Origin: an uncultured bacterium
Lineage (GTDB): Bacteria; Fidelibacterota; Marinisomatia; SCGC-AAA003-L08; TS1B11
NCBI GenBank assembly: GCA_964595095.1
Contig: CAZQOY010000001.1
Coordinates: forward strand, 1-50,315
Length of the DNA: 50,315 bases
Reading direction: 5' to 3'
Below are positions 25,119 through 34,541 of the stretch, piece by piece (the first letter of the stretch is position 1; every line of letters begins with the position of its first letter). The position numbers and the translations under genes were made by a program. The notes under the pieces were generated by a model. The model had not been told where the DNA came from. It saw nothing but the letters and a program-made list of their open reading frames with translations, and did not search any database.

Positions 25119-27899
25119 CTAGAATTGCAATGCCAGGCCCACATTGAAGCTTCTCGGCAGCCCGAAGAATACCTCGGCATCGTCGGCGTCGTGGTCATTA
25201 TCCCAGGAATTGTATGAACTGTTGTCCGTAGCGTCCTGGATATACTGGGTGTCGAGTAGATTGAACACATGCGCGAATGCCTGGATCTTGACACCCCCGA
25301 AGTCGAACGGCAGGTCATAGCTACCATGCAGGTCGAGGACCGTATATGAGGGCGCCTTCCAGCTCTGCGCCCGGTCATCGGAATCGTTTCTCGTGAAAGG
25401 ACTGAAGCCCGCATAGTGATTTGCGTAGGACTTGACCACGAGTTGAGCCGTTACGCCCTTCACCGGGAAGAGCGATACACCGAGCGCAATCTGCGTCTGC
25501 GGCGCGTCGCCCACCTTCAGATCCTTAATGTAGAAAGTGGCCGAAACGCTGGTATCCTTTCCGGCGATCCGGAAGTCACCGGTGGCATCATCCGTATAGA
25601 CCCAATTGCCGAGTGAGGCCGCGGCATCCAGACGGAACAGGCTCAGGGGCTGGTAAGCGGCCTCCAGCTCGATGCCGCTGTGATTGGCGTCCACACCGAA
25701 CAGGAAGACCAGCACTTCTTCACCCCCCAGATCGAACTCCTCCTCTTTGAATGCCCGATTCTTCCACGAAGTGAAGTAAGCGTTACCCCTGAGGGTCAGA
25801 GAGCGGTCGCTCGAGGTGAAGAGGGCCCCGGCCTCGAGAGAGGTAAAATCCTCGTTGCTGGATTGCTCGTTTTTAATACCGGTACGGTCATCAATAACTT
25901 CGTCAAAGATCGGTACCTTCGATACCAGTCCGAAGTTGGCGTATACCCGCAACGGTTCCATCAGCCGGTAGCTGAGGCCCCCCTTGACCTGGTAGCCACT
26001 GATCCAACCGGATTCAGCGGAAAGCTCGTTTCCGGAGGCATCCTTCTTGAAGTGGTTCGTGTATGAATAGGCGATGGTGGAATAACCCGCCATGCCGTAG
26101 GCTGTTATCGGGCCGCCCGTGTATTCACCTTGACCAAAGAAGCCGATCCAGTCGACGGTGTTGGTGAAATCGTAGTCGATCTTATCACCCAGGCGCTTCT
26201 TCTGCATTTCCGGAGTAGTATCAAAGTCATTCCCCTTGAACACGTAGTAACTGCCACCCAGTAGGTCGCGCACCTCACGATAGTGGAAGATGTTAGCTTT
26301 ACGCCAATCGATACCAGCAGTCACCTTCAAGGCATCAGAAAGCTGGTAGTAGGCCTTGGAGATGGCTCCGATCGTCCACTGGTTGTTCCGACTGTTACGG
26401 AGAATGCCGATGGATTCACCGGTTTCCTTAGTATACTCCGATTTGTCAATATAGAAGTGGGTGGAATCGCGGTTGATGGCGATAGTGGCGTCCCAATCCC
26501 AACTCCAGGGAGCTCCGAAATAATAATATTTCCCCGTCTGATGATCATAGGAACCTTCAAAAGACTGATGAACCAGACTTCCGTAGGTTCCCGTGCCGCC
26601 GCCCGTGCCGCCGGAGTAGTACGCAACCGATGAAATCCGAAGATTCTCCGACAGGGTTGTGAACCAGTTCAGGTTCATAACCGGCTTGTTGTAGAAGTTC
26701 TCCCTTTCATTCAGCCGGTCGCCCGCGTGGCGGTCGAAGGTCTTGAAACCCACCGACTGCTTCCCGGTATAGGACTCACTGACGGGAGACCAGTTCTGAT
26801 TGTAGGTCTGGCCGACCTCGTGGTACTTCTCAAAGACGTCCGGAGTACCATCACTGTTCTCATCCGTCAAGTCATAATCCTTGAGGTCTTTCGCAAAGTC
26901 CTGACTGTATACAGCGATGTTCTGCCGGTAGCTGTTCTGGCCGTGACGCTGGGGGGCCCCTAAGGCGTACAACTCAAATCTGTTCTTGGCGTTAAGGGTG
27001 TAGCTGGTCCCCAGGTAATAGGCCCAAGCATCGGTCCAGACCGCGTCGATCAATCCACCACCGGTCTTTCTCACAAGCGCCCCGCTAAAGGCGAGTTTGT
27101 CATTGATCAGACCGCTGTTGGCCATGAGGGTAGTCTTCAGGAACCGGCCAGCGCCCACTTCCTGCTTGAATCGGAAGCCCCGCCTGAGGGAAGCGGGATC
27201 AGTGATGACATTCATGGTGCCGCCAATGGACGGTGTCGCCAGATTGACTGCGCTGAGCCCGCGCTGCATCTGGATCGATGAGGTGGCGTCACCCACACCG
27301 TCCCAGTTAGACCAGTAGACCCAGCCATTCTCCATATCATTGATGGGAACACCGTTTATCATGATGGCGATATTTTGCTGGTTGAATCCCCGAACATTAA
27401 TGCGAGCATCACCGGCGCCGCCCCCCTGCTGAGTAGCATAAACGCTCGGTGTAGTATTCAACACCAGCGGAATGTCCCTCGAACCGAGACGCAGCTCCAT
27501 ATCCACTTTTTCCACATTAGTGAACGCAACCGGTGTCTCCCGTGTCGCCCGGCTGGCAAGTACTTCGAGAGCCGACAACCTGATGGCGGTTGCCTCCAGG
27601 GAAAAGTTTACCTCTACATAACCGTCGGCAGGGACGTTCACAGTCTGGCTGACCTTCTCGTACCCTATAACGGAGGCCGTGATGGTATAGGTGCCAGCCG
27701 GCACGTTTGCGATATTGAAGTTGCCAAAAGCGGCGGCGGCGGCGCCGAGGGTGGTCCCCTCGATAATCACATTCGCTGCGATAAGGGCGTCTCCCGTCTC
27801 GGCGTCCGTGACCCGGCCCGTAACCGTGCCCGTCTGGGCCATGAGCAGAAACGGAAACGCGAGGACAGCAAGCAATATTGCTAATACGCGATAATTCAT
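25119..27899 (-). CDS. TonB-dependent receptor with N-terminal CarboxypepD_reg-like domain
   Basis: Signal peptide. TGTVTGRVTDAETGDALIAANVII..GNFNIANVPAGTYTITASVIGY (CarboxypepD_reg). Plug region (ARINVRGFNQQNIAIMINGVPIND). Long beta-barrel ending ..NVGLALQF. Confidence 0.9.
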   Translation of the reverse strand: MNYRVLAILLAVLAFPFLLMAQTGTVTGRVTDAETGDALIAANVIIEGTTLGAAAAAFGNFNIANVPAGTYTITASVIGYEKVSQTVNVPADGYVEVNFSLEATAIRLSALEVLASRATRETPVAFTNVEKVDMELRLGSRDIPLVLNTTPSVYATQQGGGAGDARINVRGFNQQNIAIMINGVPINDMENGWVYWSNWDGVGDATSSIQMQRGLSAVNLATPSIGGTMNVITDPASLRRGFRFKQEVGAGRFLKTTLMANSGLINDKLAFSGALVRKTGGGLIDAVWTDAWAYYLGTSYTLNAKNRFELYALGAPQRHGQNSYRQNIAVYSQDFAKDLKDYDLTDENSDGTPDVFEKYHEVGQTYNQNWSPVSESYTGKQSVGFKTFDRHAGDRLNERENFYNKPVMNLNWFTTLSENLRISSVAYYSGGTGGGTGTYGSLVHQSFEGSYDHQTGKYYYFGAPWSWDWDATIAINRDSTHFYIDKSEYTKETGESIGILRNSRNNQWTIGAISKAYYQLSDALKVTAGIDWRKANIFHYREVRDLLGGSYYVFKGNDFDTTPEMQKKRLGDKIDYDFTNTVDWIGFFGQGEYTGGPITAYGMAGYSTIAYSYTNHFKKDASGNELSAESGWISGYQVKGGLSYRLMEPLRVYANFGLVSKVPIFDEVIDDRTGIKNEQSSNEDFTSLEAGALFTSSDRSLTLRGNAYFTSWKNRAFKEEEFDLGGEEVLVFLFGVDANHSGIELEAAYQPLSLFRLDAAASLGNWVYTDDATGDFRIAGKDTSVSATFYIKDLKVGDAPQTQIALGVSLFPVKGVTAQLVVKSYANHYAGFSPFTRNDSDDRAQSWKAPSYTVLDLHGSYDLPFDFGGVKIQAFAHVFNLLDTQYIQDATDNSSYNSWDNDHDADDAEVFFGLPRSFNVGLALQF

Positions 27900-28134
27900 T
27901 AATCAGCTCCTGAGCGTTTTGGTTGAATGGAATGAGTGTTGTGAACGACAAGCCGGCGTGAATCGGCTCACGCTAATCCCCCATTTTGGTATGAAGCAAA
28001 ATAGTCCCAATGAGGTAGCTCGTTCGCTGGAAAAACCGCTTCTCAACTAAGAATAAATTTAGACGGGCGGCTTTATTCGGCACAAGCAAATTACCGGACC
28101 CTGATGCCCCCGGATCAGACGGCAGTCGAGCTAT

Positions 28135-28275
28135 CAGCTCCGGACGGACATCCATCGACGGGGCGCTGTGCGTCAGGGCCCCGATAGAGATGCCGTCTAC
28201 CCCTGTCCGGGTATACTTGTGCGCATTGCCCAGCTCAATGCCCCCGGAGGCCTCCACTCCTGCCGCCAGACCGAC
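28135..28275 (-). pseudogene. nadC 3'-end fragment (internally deleted duplicate)
   Basis: VGLAAGVEASGGIELGNAHKYTRTGVDGISIGALTHSAPSMDVRPEL compares with intact NadC ..GLAAGVDAF[..38 aa..]VEASGGIELGNAHKYARTGVDGISVGALTHSARSVDIRLEL. At the DNA level 28141-28265 aligns with 31795-31915 at high identity. Confidence 0.75.
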
Positions 28276-28423
28276 GAGAATGATCACGGGCGCGCTGAAA
28301 AACCGCTCTCGGCTCTTGCCTCCAACGTGGAACGGCAGCAACTTTGACAGCCTGCAACGCAGGTGATTCTGTAACTTGCCTGCTGGCAGCCTGTTAACCG
28401 GAAAGGATCATGATAGTCTTAAG

Positions 28424-28789
28424 ATGAACCTGGTAACCATTCTCAAGGGCAAAATCCACCGGGCAACCATTACCGATTCGGACCCGGACTACGAGGGCTC
28501 GATCACCCTGGATCCGCAGCTGATGGCAGCGGCGGGAATCGTCGAGTACGAGAAAATCCTGGTGGCGGATATCACCAATGGGAACCGGCTGGAAACGTAC
28601 GTCATCGCCGGTAGGGAAGGGACCGGCCAGGTGGGCATCAACGGAGCTGCTACGCAGCTAATAAACTTAGGCGACTTGGTCATCCTGCTTACATTTTGCG
28701 CCGTGCCGGCTGAAGACGTAAGCAACTACCCCCCGAAAATTATCCTGGTTGACGAGCAAAACCGCATCCTAGACAGCGGTAAGGAGTAG
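28424..28789 (+). CDS. panD: aspartate 1-decarboxylase
   Basis: MNLVTILKGKIHRATITDSDPDYEGSITLD (Gly-Ser self-processing site) starting from the ATG at 28424. Confidence 0.9.
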   Translation: MNLVTILKGKIHRATITDSDPDYEGSITLDPQLMAAAGIVEYEKILVADITNGNRLETYVIAGREGTGQVGINGAATQLINLGDLVILLTFCAVPAEDVSNYPPKIILVDEQNRILDSGKE

Positions 28790-28791
28790 GC

Positions 28792-29574
28792 ATGGGCCGA
28801 ACCGTAAAGCTCTTTCACGAAGCCAAGCAGAGCGGCACACCCCTGGCCCTGGTCACCGCCTACGACGCCACCATGGCCGCCCTGGCCATGGCCGCCGGTG
28901 TGGACGCCCTGCTGGTAGGCGACTCACTGGGCATGGTAATCCAGGGGGACGATACCACGCTGTCAGTATCCCTCGATGATATGGAGTATCACTCCCGGCT
29001 AGTGGTCCACGGAGCGCCCGATATATTCGTCGTAGCGGATATGCCTTTCATGTCGTACCAGGTATCGCCGGCACAGGCCTTGGTGTCCGCCGGTCGACTG
29101 ATGAAGGAGAGCCGGGTTCAAGGGGTCAAGCTGGAAGGCGGGCGGGTGATCATCCCCCAGGTGGAAACGCTGGTGAAGGCCGGCATACCGGTAATGGGGC
29201 ACCTCGGCCTACTGCCCCAGAAGATCCACGTCTATGGCGGCTACGCCAAGCAGGCCAAATCGGCCACTGAGCAAGAGGAGTTGCTCGCCGACGCTCAGGC
29301 TTTGCAGACCGCGGGATCTTTCTCCCTGGTCCTGGAAAATGTTCCCCACGAGCTTGCCAAAGAAGTCACCGCGGCTCTATCCATCCCGACTATCGGCATC
29401 GGAGCCGGACCGCATTGCGACGGCCAGATCCAGGTCCTCCACGACCTGTTCGGCCTCCAACCCGATTTTCAGCCCCGACACACCCGGCGCTACGGCAACC
29501 TCGGGCAGGCCATAATCAAAGGACTGACGCAATACGTTCAGGACGTGCGGGCCGGCAAATTCCTGTCCCAATGA
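28792..29574 (+). CDS. panB: 3-methyl-2-oxobutanoate hydroxymethyltransferase
   Basis: LVTAYDATMAALAMAAGVDALLVGDSLGMVIQG, VVADMPFMSY and KLEGG motifs. Starts 2 nt after the panD stop. Confidence 0.92.
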   Translation: MGRTVKLFHEAKQSGTPLALVTAYDATMAALAMAAGVDALLVGDSLGMVIQGDDTTLSVSLDDMEYHSRLVVHGAPDIFVVADMPFMSYQVSPAQALVSAGRLMKESRVQGVKLEGGRVIIPQVETLVKAGIPVMGHLGLLPQKIHVYGGYAKQAKSATEQEELLADAQALQTAGSFSLVLENVPHELAKEVTAALSIPTIGIGAGPHCDGQIQVLHDLFGLQPDFQPRHTRRYGNLGQAIIKGLTQYVQDVRAGKFLSQ

Positions 29575-30398
29575 AGGTCTGCCGCACCGTCCGGGACCTG
29601 CGCGCCTGGACCGGTGAGCAGGCTCACAGCCCGCTGGGTTTCGTGCCTACCATGGGTGCCCTCCACGAGGGCCACCTATCCCTGATCCGCCAGGCCCGGC
29701 GGGAATGCCCGACCGTCGTCGCTTCGATCTACGTCAACCCCACCCAGTTCGGCGAGTCGGCGGATCTGGAAAGCTATCGCCGCACCTGGCAGACCGACCG
29801 TAAGCAGCTTCAGTCACTCTCCGTGGACGCCGTTTTCCTCCCCTCGGATGAGGAGATCTACCCCGACGGCTTCTCCACCGCCGTCAAACCCGGCAGCGTA
29901 GCCCGGCGCTGGGAGGAGGAGTACCGCCCGGGACACTTCGAGGGCGTCTGCACGGTCGTCCTCAAGCTGCTGGATATCGTTCAGCCGCAGGTGGCCTACT
30001 TCGGCGAGAAAGATTACCAGCAGTTGCAGGTGATAAGGGCCATGGTCCGGGATTTCGACTTGCCCGTCTGGATCGACAGCGGCCAGACCATTCGGGATGA
30101 GGACGGCCTGGCCCTCTCCAGCCGCAACGACCTGCTCCCGCCCGAGGATCGCCGGCGCGCGCCCCGCCTGGCGGCTACCCTGAGGCACCTGGCAGAGATC
30201 ATCCGCAGCGGCAAGGACATCGACTGGGCGCTGAAGGAGGCCGTCGCTCGGCTCACCGATAGTGGCTTTCGGGTGGAATATCTCGCATTCGTCGACGGCG
30301 CTACTCTGGAACCCATCGACGCTCCCCGAGAGGGTGCCCGCCTGATTGCCGCTGCATGCCTCGGAGAAGTACGCCTGATCGACAACTGGCCGCTCTAG
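29571..30398 (+). CDS. panC: pantoate--beta-alanine ligase
   Basis: The ATG at 29571 overlaps the panB stop (ATGA). GFVPTMGALHEGHLSLI HIGH-type motif. ..YFGEKDYQQL. Confidence 0.92.
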   Translation: MKVCRTVRDLRAWTGEQAHSPLGFVPTMGALHEGHLSLIRQARRECPTVVASIYVNPTQFGESADLESYRRTWQTDRKQLQSLSVDAVFLPSDEEIYPDGFSTAVKPGSVARRWEEEYRPGHFEGVCTVVLKLLDIVQPQVAYFGEKDYQQLQVIRAMVRDFDLPVWIDSGQTIRDEDGLALSSRNDLLPPEDRRRAPRLAATLRHLAEIIRSGKDIDWALKEAVARLTDSGFRVEYLAFVDGATLEPIDAPREGARLIAAACLGEVRLIDNWPL

Positions 30399-30470
30399 CC
30401 GCGCACCCACTGCCGCCCGAAAGCGATCGATCACAGGAATCAGTAAGGAAGGTCTCCGGGGACGGCTGCG

Positions 30471-31670
30471 CTAGCCCGGGGAAGGGACGATGCGCCGCAG
30501 GATCTCCCGCGCCACCGCGTCTTTACCAGCCGGGGGAATCTCCACTTCTTCCTCGGACGCTGATAGCAGCCATACATGGTTGGTTTCAGTCTCGAAGCCC
30601 GCGCCGGGCTCGTCGTATCGGTTGACGACCAGGAAGTCGGCCTGCTTCTCTTGCAGCTTGTCGCGGGCCGCTTCCAGGGTGTCGCCCGCCTGCAGGCTGA
30701 ATGCCACCAGGGTGCCCGGGTACTTTCCCCGGATAGTCTTGAGAATGTCGGGTGTCGGCTCCAATGAGATGGCCTGTGGCTGGCTGGCCCTGGGGATCTT
30801 GTCTTCAGTCGGGCAGGAGGGACGAAAATCGGCCACCGCCGCCGCCATGATAAGGATATCCTGCCCCGAGATCGCGTCTTCCACTGCTGAAAGCAGCTCC
30901 TCGGCGGTGGTGACAGGCACCATCCGGCAGCCGGGAACCGGGTCCAGTGCAACCGGTCCGCTGATGAGGGTCACCTCCGCGCCGAAATCTCTCGCCGCCG
31001 CCGCCAGGGCGTACCCCATTTTGCCGCTACTCCGGTTGGAAAGGTATCGCACGGGATCAAGGGGCTCGCAGGTAGGGCCAGCCGTGACCAGGACACGTTT
31101 CCCGCTGTAAAGCTGCGGAACGTCCAGCATCCCCCGGATCTCGGCCACAATATGTTCAATCTCCGGAAAGCGCCCTACACCAACATGACGGGTGGCCAGC
31201 TCCCCTACATCCGGGTCAAGCACTCGCCGGTCCCAACCGCGGAGGCGGGATACCGCATCCCTCGTGGCGGGGTTACGCCACATGCGATGATTCATAGCAG
31301 GGACGAACAGGACCGGGCAGTCAACAATATTCAACAGAGTAGACAGGAGATCATCGGCAATGGCGTGGGCCGCTTTGCCAAGAATGTTGGCGGTGGCGGG
31401 CGCTATCACCACCGCGTCGCAGTTTTCAGCGATGTCCACGTGGGGAACGCCGGTACCAGGTTCAGGCGGAAACTGCTCGAGCATAACCGGGCGGCCGGTA
31501 AAAGCGGCGAAGGTGGCGAGCCCCACAAAGTGGGTAGCCGACCTGGTCATGGCGACGGTGACCTCAGCGCCTTCCCTGCGCAGGGCACGGACCAGTTCAC
31601 AGGCCTTGAAGGCGGCGATGGAACCGCATACCCCTACCAGGATGCGTTTATCTTTCAGACTATTCGGCAT
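30471..31670 (-). CDS. coaBC: bifunctional phosphopantothenoylcysteine decarboxylase / phosphopantothenate--cysteine ligase
   Basis: From the ATG at 31670: MPNSLKDKRILVGVCGSIAAFKACELVR (flavoprotein N-terminal domain), PAMNHRMW, and the CoaB half LVTAGPTCEPLDPVRYLSNRSSGKMG. Confidence 0.92.
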   Translation of the reverse strand: MPNSLKDKRILVGVCGSIAAFKACELVRALRREGAEVTVAMTRSATHFVGLATFAAFTGRPVMLEQFPPEPGTGVPHVDIAENCDAVVIAPATANILGKAAHAIADDLLSTLLNIVDCPVLFVPAMNHRMWRNPATRDAVSRLRGWDRRVLDPDVGELATRHVGVGRFPEIEHIVAEIRGMLDVPQLYSGKRVLVTAGPTCEPLDPVRYLSNRSSGKMGYALAAAARDFGAEVTLISGPVALDPVPGCRMVPVTTAEELLSAVEDAISGQDILIMAAAVADFRPSCPTEDKIPRASQPQAISLEPTPDILKTIRGKYPGTLVAFSLQAGDTLEAARDKLQEKQADFLVVNRYDEPGAGFETETNHVWLLSASEEEVEIPPAGKDAVAREILRRIVPSPG

Positions 31671-31772
31671 AAAATGATGACCGTTATGGCGTTTCTGAAT
31701 CCCTATTTTACAACAGTATCCGCCCCGGAGCCATACTCGGTAGTCTGGCAACCCCTGGCACCTGTCCGGCCG

Positions 31773-32645
31773 TCACGGCTTCAGCTCCAAGCGGATATCC
31801 ACCGACCGGGCGCTGTGCGTCAGCGCCCCGACGGAGATGCCGTCCACTCCTGTCCGGGCATACTTGTGCGCATTGCCCAGCTCAATGCCACCGGAGGCCT
31901 CCACAAAGATATCCTCAACGCCGGGATGTGCCCGGATAAGGGCCACACAGTCCCGCACCTGCTCAACAGACATGTTGTCCAGCAGAAAGGCGTCCACTCC
32001 TGCCGCCAACCCCGCTTTAACCTGGGCCTCATCCTCCGCTTCGACCTCGATGGGCATATGGGGCTGGCTCTGCCGGAGGCTTTTCACAGCGGCGGCGATG
32101 CTGCCAACCGCCTGCAGATGATTGTCTTTCATCAGGATTCCGGAGGAAAGGTCCATCCGGTGATTGGTGCCGCCACCTGCCGCAACCGCGTATTTTTCCA
32201 GGCGTCGGAGACCAGGGGTCGTTTTGCGGGTATCGAGGATCTTGACGCCAAAGGGAGCCACTTGGTCGACAAAGGCCCGGGTGAGGGTGGCGATACCCGA
32301 CAGTCGCTGAACCAGGTTCAGCATTACCCGTTCCCGGGTCAGAATCTGCCTGGCGGGGCCGGTAACGGTGCCGATGAGCTCCCCTGCCGCTATGCTCTGG
32401 CCATCGATGACGTTCAAGTTGACCTCACAGGGGTGGTCGAAACAGTTGGGTACAACCGCGGCACCGGCAAAAACGAGCTTCTCCCCGGCCTCTATCTGGG
32501 CTGCAGCGGTAAGATTCTCCGGCACGACCGCTTCGGTGGTAGCGTCGCCTTCAGGGGCGTCTTCGAGCAGAAACCGGGCTACCTGCCAGCGTACCCAGTC
32601 GGGGTCGATTATTGTCTCCTGGAATAGCGCCTGGTTTAACATCAT
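31773..32645 (-). CDS. nadC: nicotinate-nucleotide diphosphorylase (carboxylating)
   Basis: 290 aa. ..ILDTRKTTPGLRRLEKYAVAAGGGTNHR..LMKDNH.. and the C-terminal EASGGI..GVDGISVGALTHS pattern. Confidence 0.92.
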   Translation of the reverse strand: MMLNQALFQETIIDPDWVRWQVARFLLEDAPEGDATTEAVVPENLTAAAQIEAGEKLVFAGAAVVPNCFDHPCEVNLNVIDGQSIAAGELIGTVTGPARQILTRERVMLNLVQRLSGIATLTRAFVDQVAPFGVKILDTRKTTPGLRRLEKYAVAAGGGTNHRMDLSSGILMKDNHLQAVGSIAAAVKSLRQSQPHMPIEVEAEDEAQVKAGLAAGVDAFLLDNMSVEQVRDCVALIRAHPGVEDIFVEASGGIELGNAHKYARTGVDGISVGALTHSARSVDIRLELKP

Positions 32646-33115
32646 GGAATACTCACAGGAACAGGTTGTTTTCCGGTTAGAGCTTGCCAGGCCTGGGCCA
32701 GGGCGGCGGCCACCTGCTCCAGCTCCCGCCGGTCAGCTTCATCAAAGGCCGCAGGGGTGTCGCTGTCCAGGTCCAGGACGCCGACTACCCGCTCCCCGGC
32801 CATAATTGGCACTACGATCTCCGACCGAACCAACAGGCTGCAGGCAATGTAGCGGCTGTCTTCGTGCACGTCATCGATCACCAGCGTCTCACCATCCGTG
32901 GCCGAGACCCCGCAAATCCCGCTGCCCAAGGGGATGCGGGTATGCACGGTGGGCTGGCCCAGGTAGTGGTCATCCTGCAGGGTCAATACGTCCCCCTCCA
33001 GCAGGTAGACCCCCACCCAGTCGTAGTATGGCCGCATGGCCTTCACCCCGGCGATGGCGGTGCGGATGGCAGCATCGAAGGTGGGTTGGGTGAGGATGTC
33101 GTCGGTCAGGGGCAT
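32642..33115 (-). CDS. GAF-domain protein (free methionine-R-sulfoxide reductase MsrC/YebR-like)
   Basis: WVGVYLLEGDVLTL..GICGVSATDGETLVIDDVHEDSRYIAC...SEIVVPI..GERVVGVLDLDS pattern. The stop overlaps the nadC start (ATGA). Confidence 0.7.
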   Translation of the reverse strand: MPLTDDILTQPTFDAAIRTAIAGVKAMRPYYDWVGVYLLEGDVLTLQDDHYLGQPTVHTRIPLGSGICGVSATDGETLVIDDVHEDSRYIACSLLVRSEIVVPIMAGERVVGVLDLDSDTPAAFDEADRRELEQVAAALAQAWQALTGKQPVPVSIP

Positions 33116-33157
33116 AGTGAGGGGAATTTAGGCATTGTTTTGATGAGAGGGAAAGTA

Positions 33158-33220
33158 GTCGGTTGTCAGCAATCAGCGGTCAGCCACATCCAGTATCCGG
33201 TCTACAGTAACAACAACATT
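33158..33220. repeat. phase-locked heptanucleotide tract
   Basis: gtcggtt gtcagca atcagcg gtcagcc acatcca gtatccg gtctaca gtaacaa caacatt. Its reverse complement carries the CTGAYNG units seen in the other tracts. Confidence 0.7.
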
Positions 33221-33370
33221 TTCCTAAAAGCAGTTAAGAGCCGGTTATTTTTAATCAAAACAGCTACCGCTCAGAATAGCCTAATAGTGGTGCTAGAATA
33301 ATGGCGGGTAGCCGAAATCCTTTTTCTCACCAAGAGGTAGGTTAAATATACCCTAACAGGGATCACTTCG

Positions 33371-34234
33371 CTACAAAAGACCGAAAACATAACCAAAGAA
33401 GGCGGTCAGTGCAGCTAAGGCGACCGCACCCAGGATAGCCCAGTACACTTTGGATACCGTAACAGCAGCTCTAATTTTTTCGAGAGTACTTTCAACAGAT
33501 TCCTGTCTGCGTTCAAGTTCCTCGTCGGTTCCTTTTCGAATCTGTTGTTCCATTTTCAAGTCTGAAGTTAGCTCTGTAACACTTTCCTTTAACTCTCTTA
33601 GACCTTCTCTAAATTCATTCCGCCAGCGTTCCCCCTCACGAATCGTTTCTTCAAGTTTTGAAAATCGTTTTTTTAAGCCCTCTATTGTCTCATCGAACTG
33701 CTCGGGCGAAAATGGTGAATACTCCCTCATTAAGGCTACGACTTCATCCGGAAAAGCATTGATAGGATCTGGTTCCTTACGAACTTCTGAAACCTCATTT
33801 GCTTCCAAACGATAGAACATTCCGGCAATGATTTTATTCCCAGGCCTTAGCGGAAATCGTGTACTGGAAAAGTTATAGAGAAGAAGTACCAGCCATCCCT
33901 TATAAAGAGGGTCAACACAGAAACCACCTCCAATGAGAATGCCGCAATGGCTCAATTTTCTCTTGTGGCTCAATTCTACCTTGATGTCATTGGGCAAATT
34001 CAACCTCTCTTGGGATAGAGCAAAAGCCATCTCACCAGGCTCAAGAGCAAGCTCAGCTCTTTCTGCTTCTGAAAGCTTTTCGGTATCTAGTTGCCGCGCA
34101 CCCGCCATAAGAATTTGCGTTCCCATATGAAAATCGTACTTGATCCCTTCGACACTTTCATCCAATCCATTCTCGATAATTTCCCCAGCAGCGACAATTT
34201 CTTGGAGTTCGGGTTCAGTCAGTATCTTCGCCAT
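33371..34234 (-). CDS. Dcd/dUTPase-fold protein fused to a long coiled coil and a C-terminal TM anchor
   Basis: The N-terminal ~165 aa align by eye with dCTP deaminase (ILTEPELQ..G.I.., LEPGEMAFALSQERLNLPNDI, CVDPLYKGWLVLLLYNFSSTRFPLRPGNKIIAGMFY). Then about 100 aa of E/K/R coiled coil, ending VYWAILGAVALAALTAFFGYVFGLL. ATG at 34234 preferred; 34249 is possible. Low-GC segment, about 47% on two hand-counted lines. Confidence 0.7.
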   Translation of the reverse strand: MAKILTEPELQEIVAAGEIIENGLDESVEGIKYDFHMGTQILMAGARQLDTEKLSEAERAELALEPGEMAFALSQERLNLPNDIKVELSHKRKLSHCGILIGGGFCVDPLYKGWLVLLLYNFSSTRFPLRPGNKIIAGMFYRLEANEVSEVRKEPDPINAFPDEVVALMREYSPFSPEQFDETIEGLKKRFSKLEETIREGERWRNEFREGLRELKESVTELTSDLKMEQQIRKGTDEELERRQESVESTLEKIRAAVTVSKVYWAILGAVALAALTAFFGYVFGLL

Positions 34235-34463
34235 TCTGAAGACCCCCATTATTATTATCTTTTACGTTTGAATCGGATGAGCGCAAGAGTGTTCCCTCAC
34301 GCAGAAGCTCTTTAATCCCACTCGTTATTAACCGCTCGGAAGCCTCCGCAGGATTTTTCCCGTACAAACCTGTGTCAACTAACTTATCAAGATAAGCCTG
34401 TACCAGGGGTGTAGTTGAAATCCTTATCTGAACAGTTTGGAGCGAGTTAGGTTTGCGGGCCAT
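34215..34463 (-). CDS. small ribbon-helix-helix-like protein
   Basis: 82 aa. TVQIRISTTPLVQAYLDKLVDTGLYGKNPAEASERLITSGIKELL fits a beta-strand/helix/helix (CopG/Arc-like) layout. The 3' end overlaps the Dcd-like start by about 20 nt. Confidence 0.5.
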   Translation of the reverse strand: MARKPNSLQTVQIRISTTPLVQAYLDKLVDTGLYGKNPAEASERLITSGIKELLREGTLLRSSDSNVKDNNNGGLQNGEDTD

Positions 34464-34541
34464 TGTAAAGACAATCTTATGGCTTACTTATGTCAAAGTT
34501 AAGAAAAATCGAAGGCAATGGGTACATTTAATAGAAAATTC

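Noticed and set aside
27973-28341. A 122-aa ORF as a real gene.
   Set aside because: Only its central 47 residues have meaning, as the nadC relic. The rest has no motif and no plausible start context, so it is treated as a pseudogene fragment.
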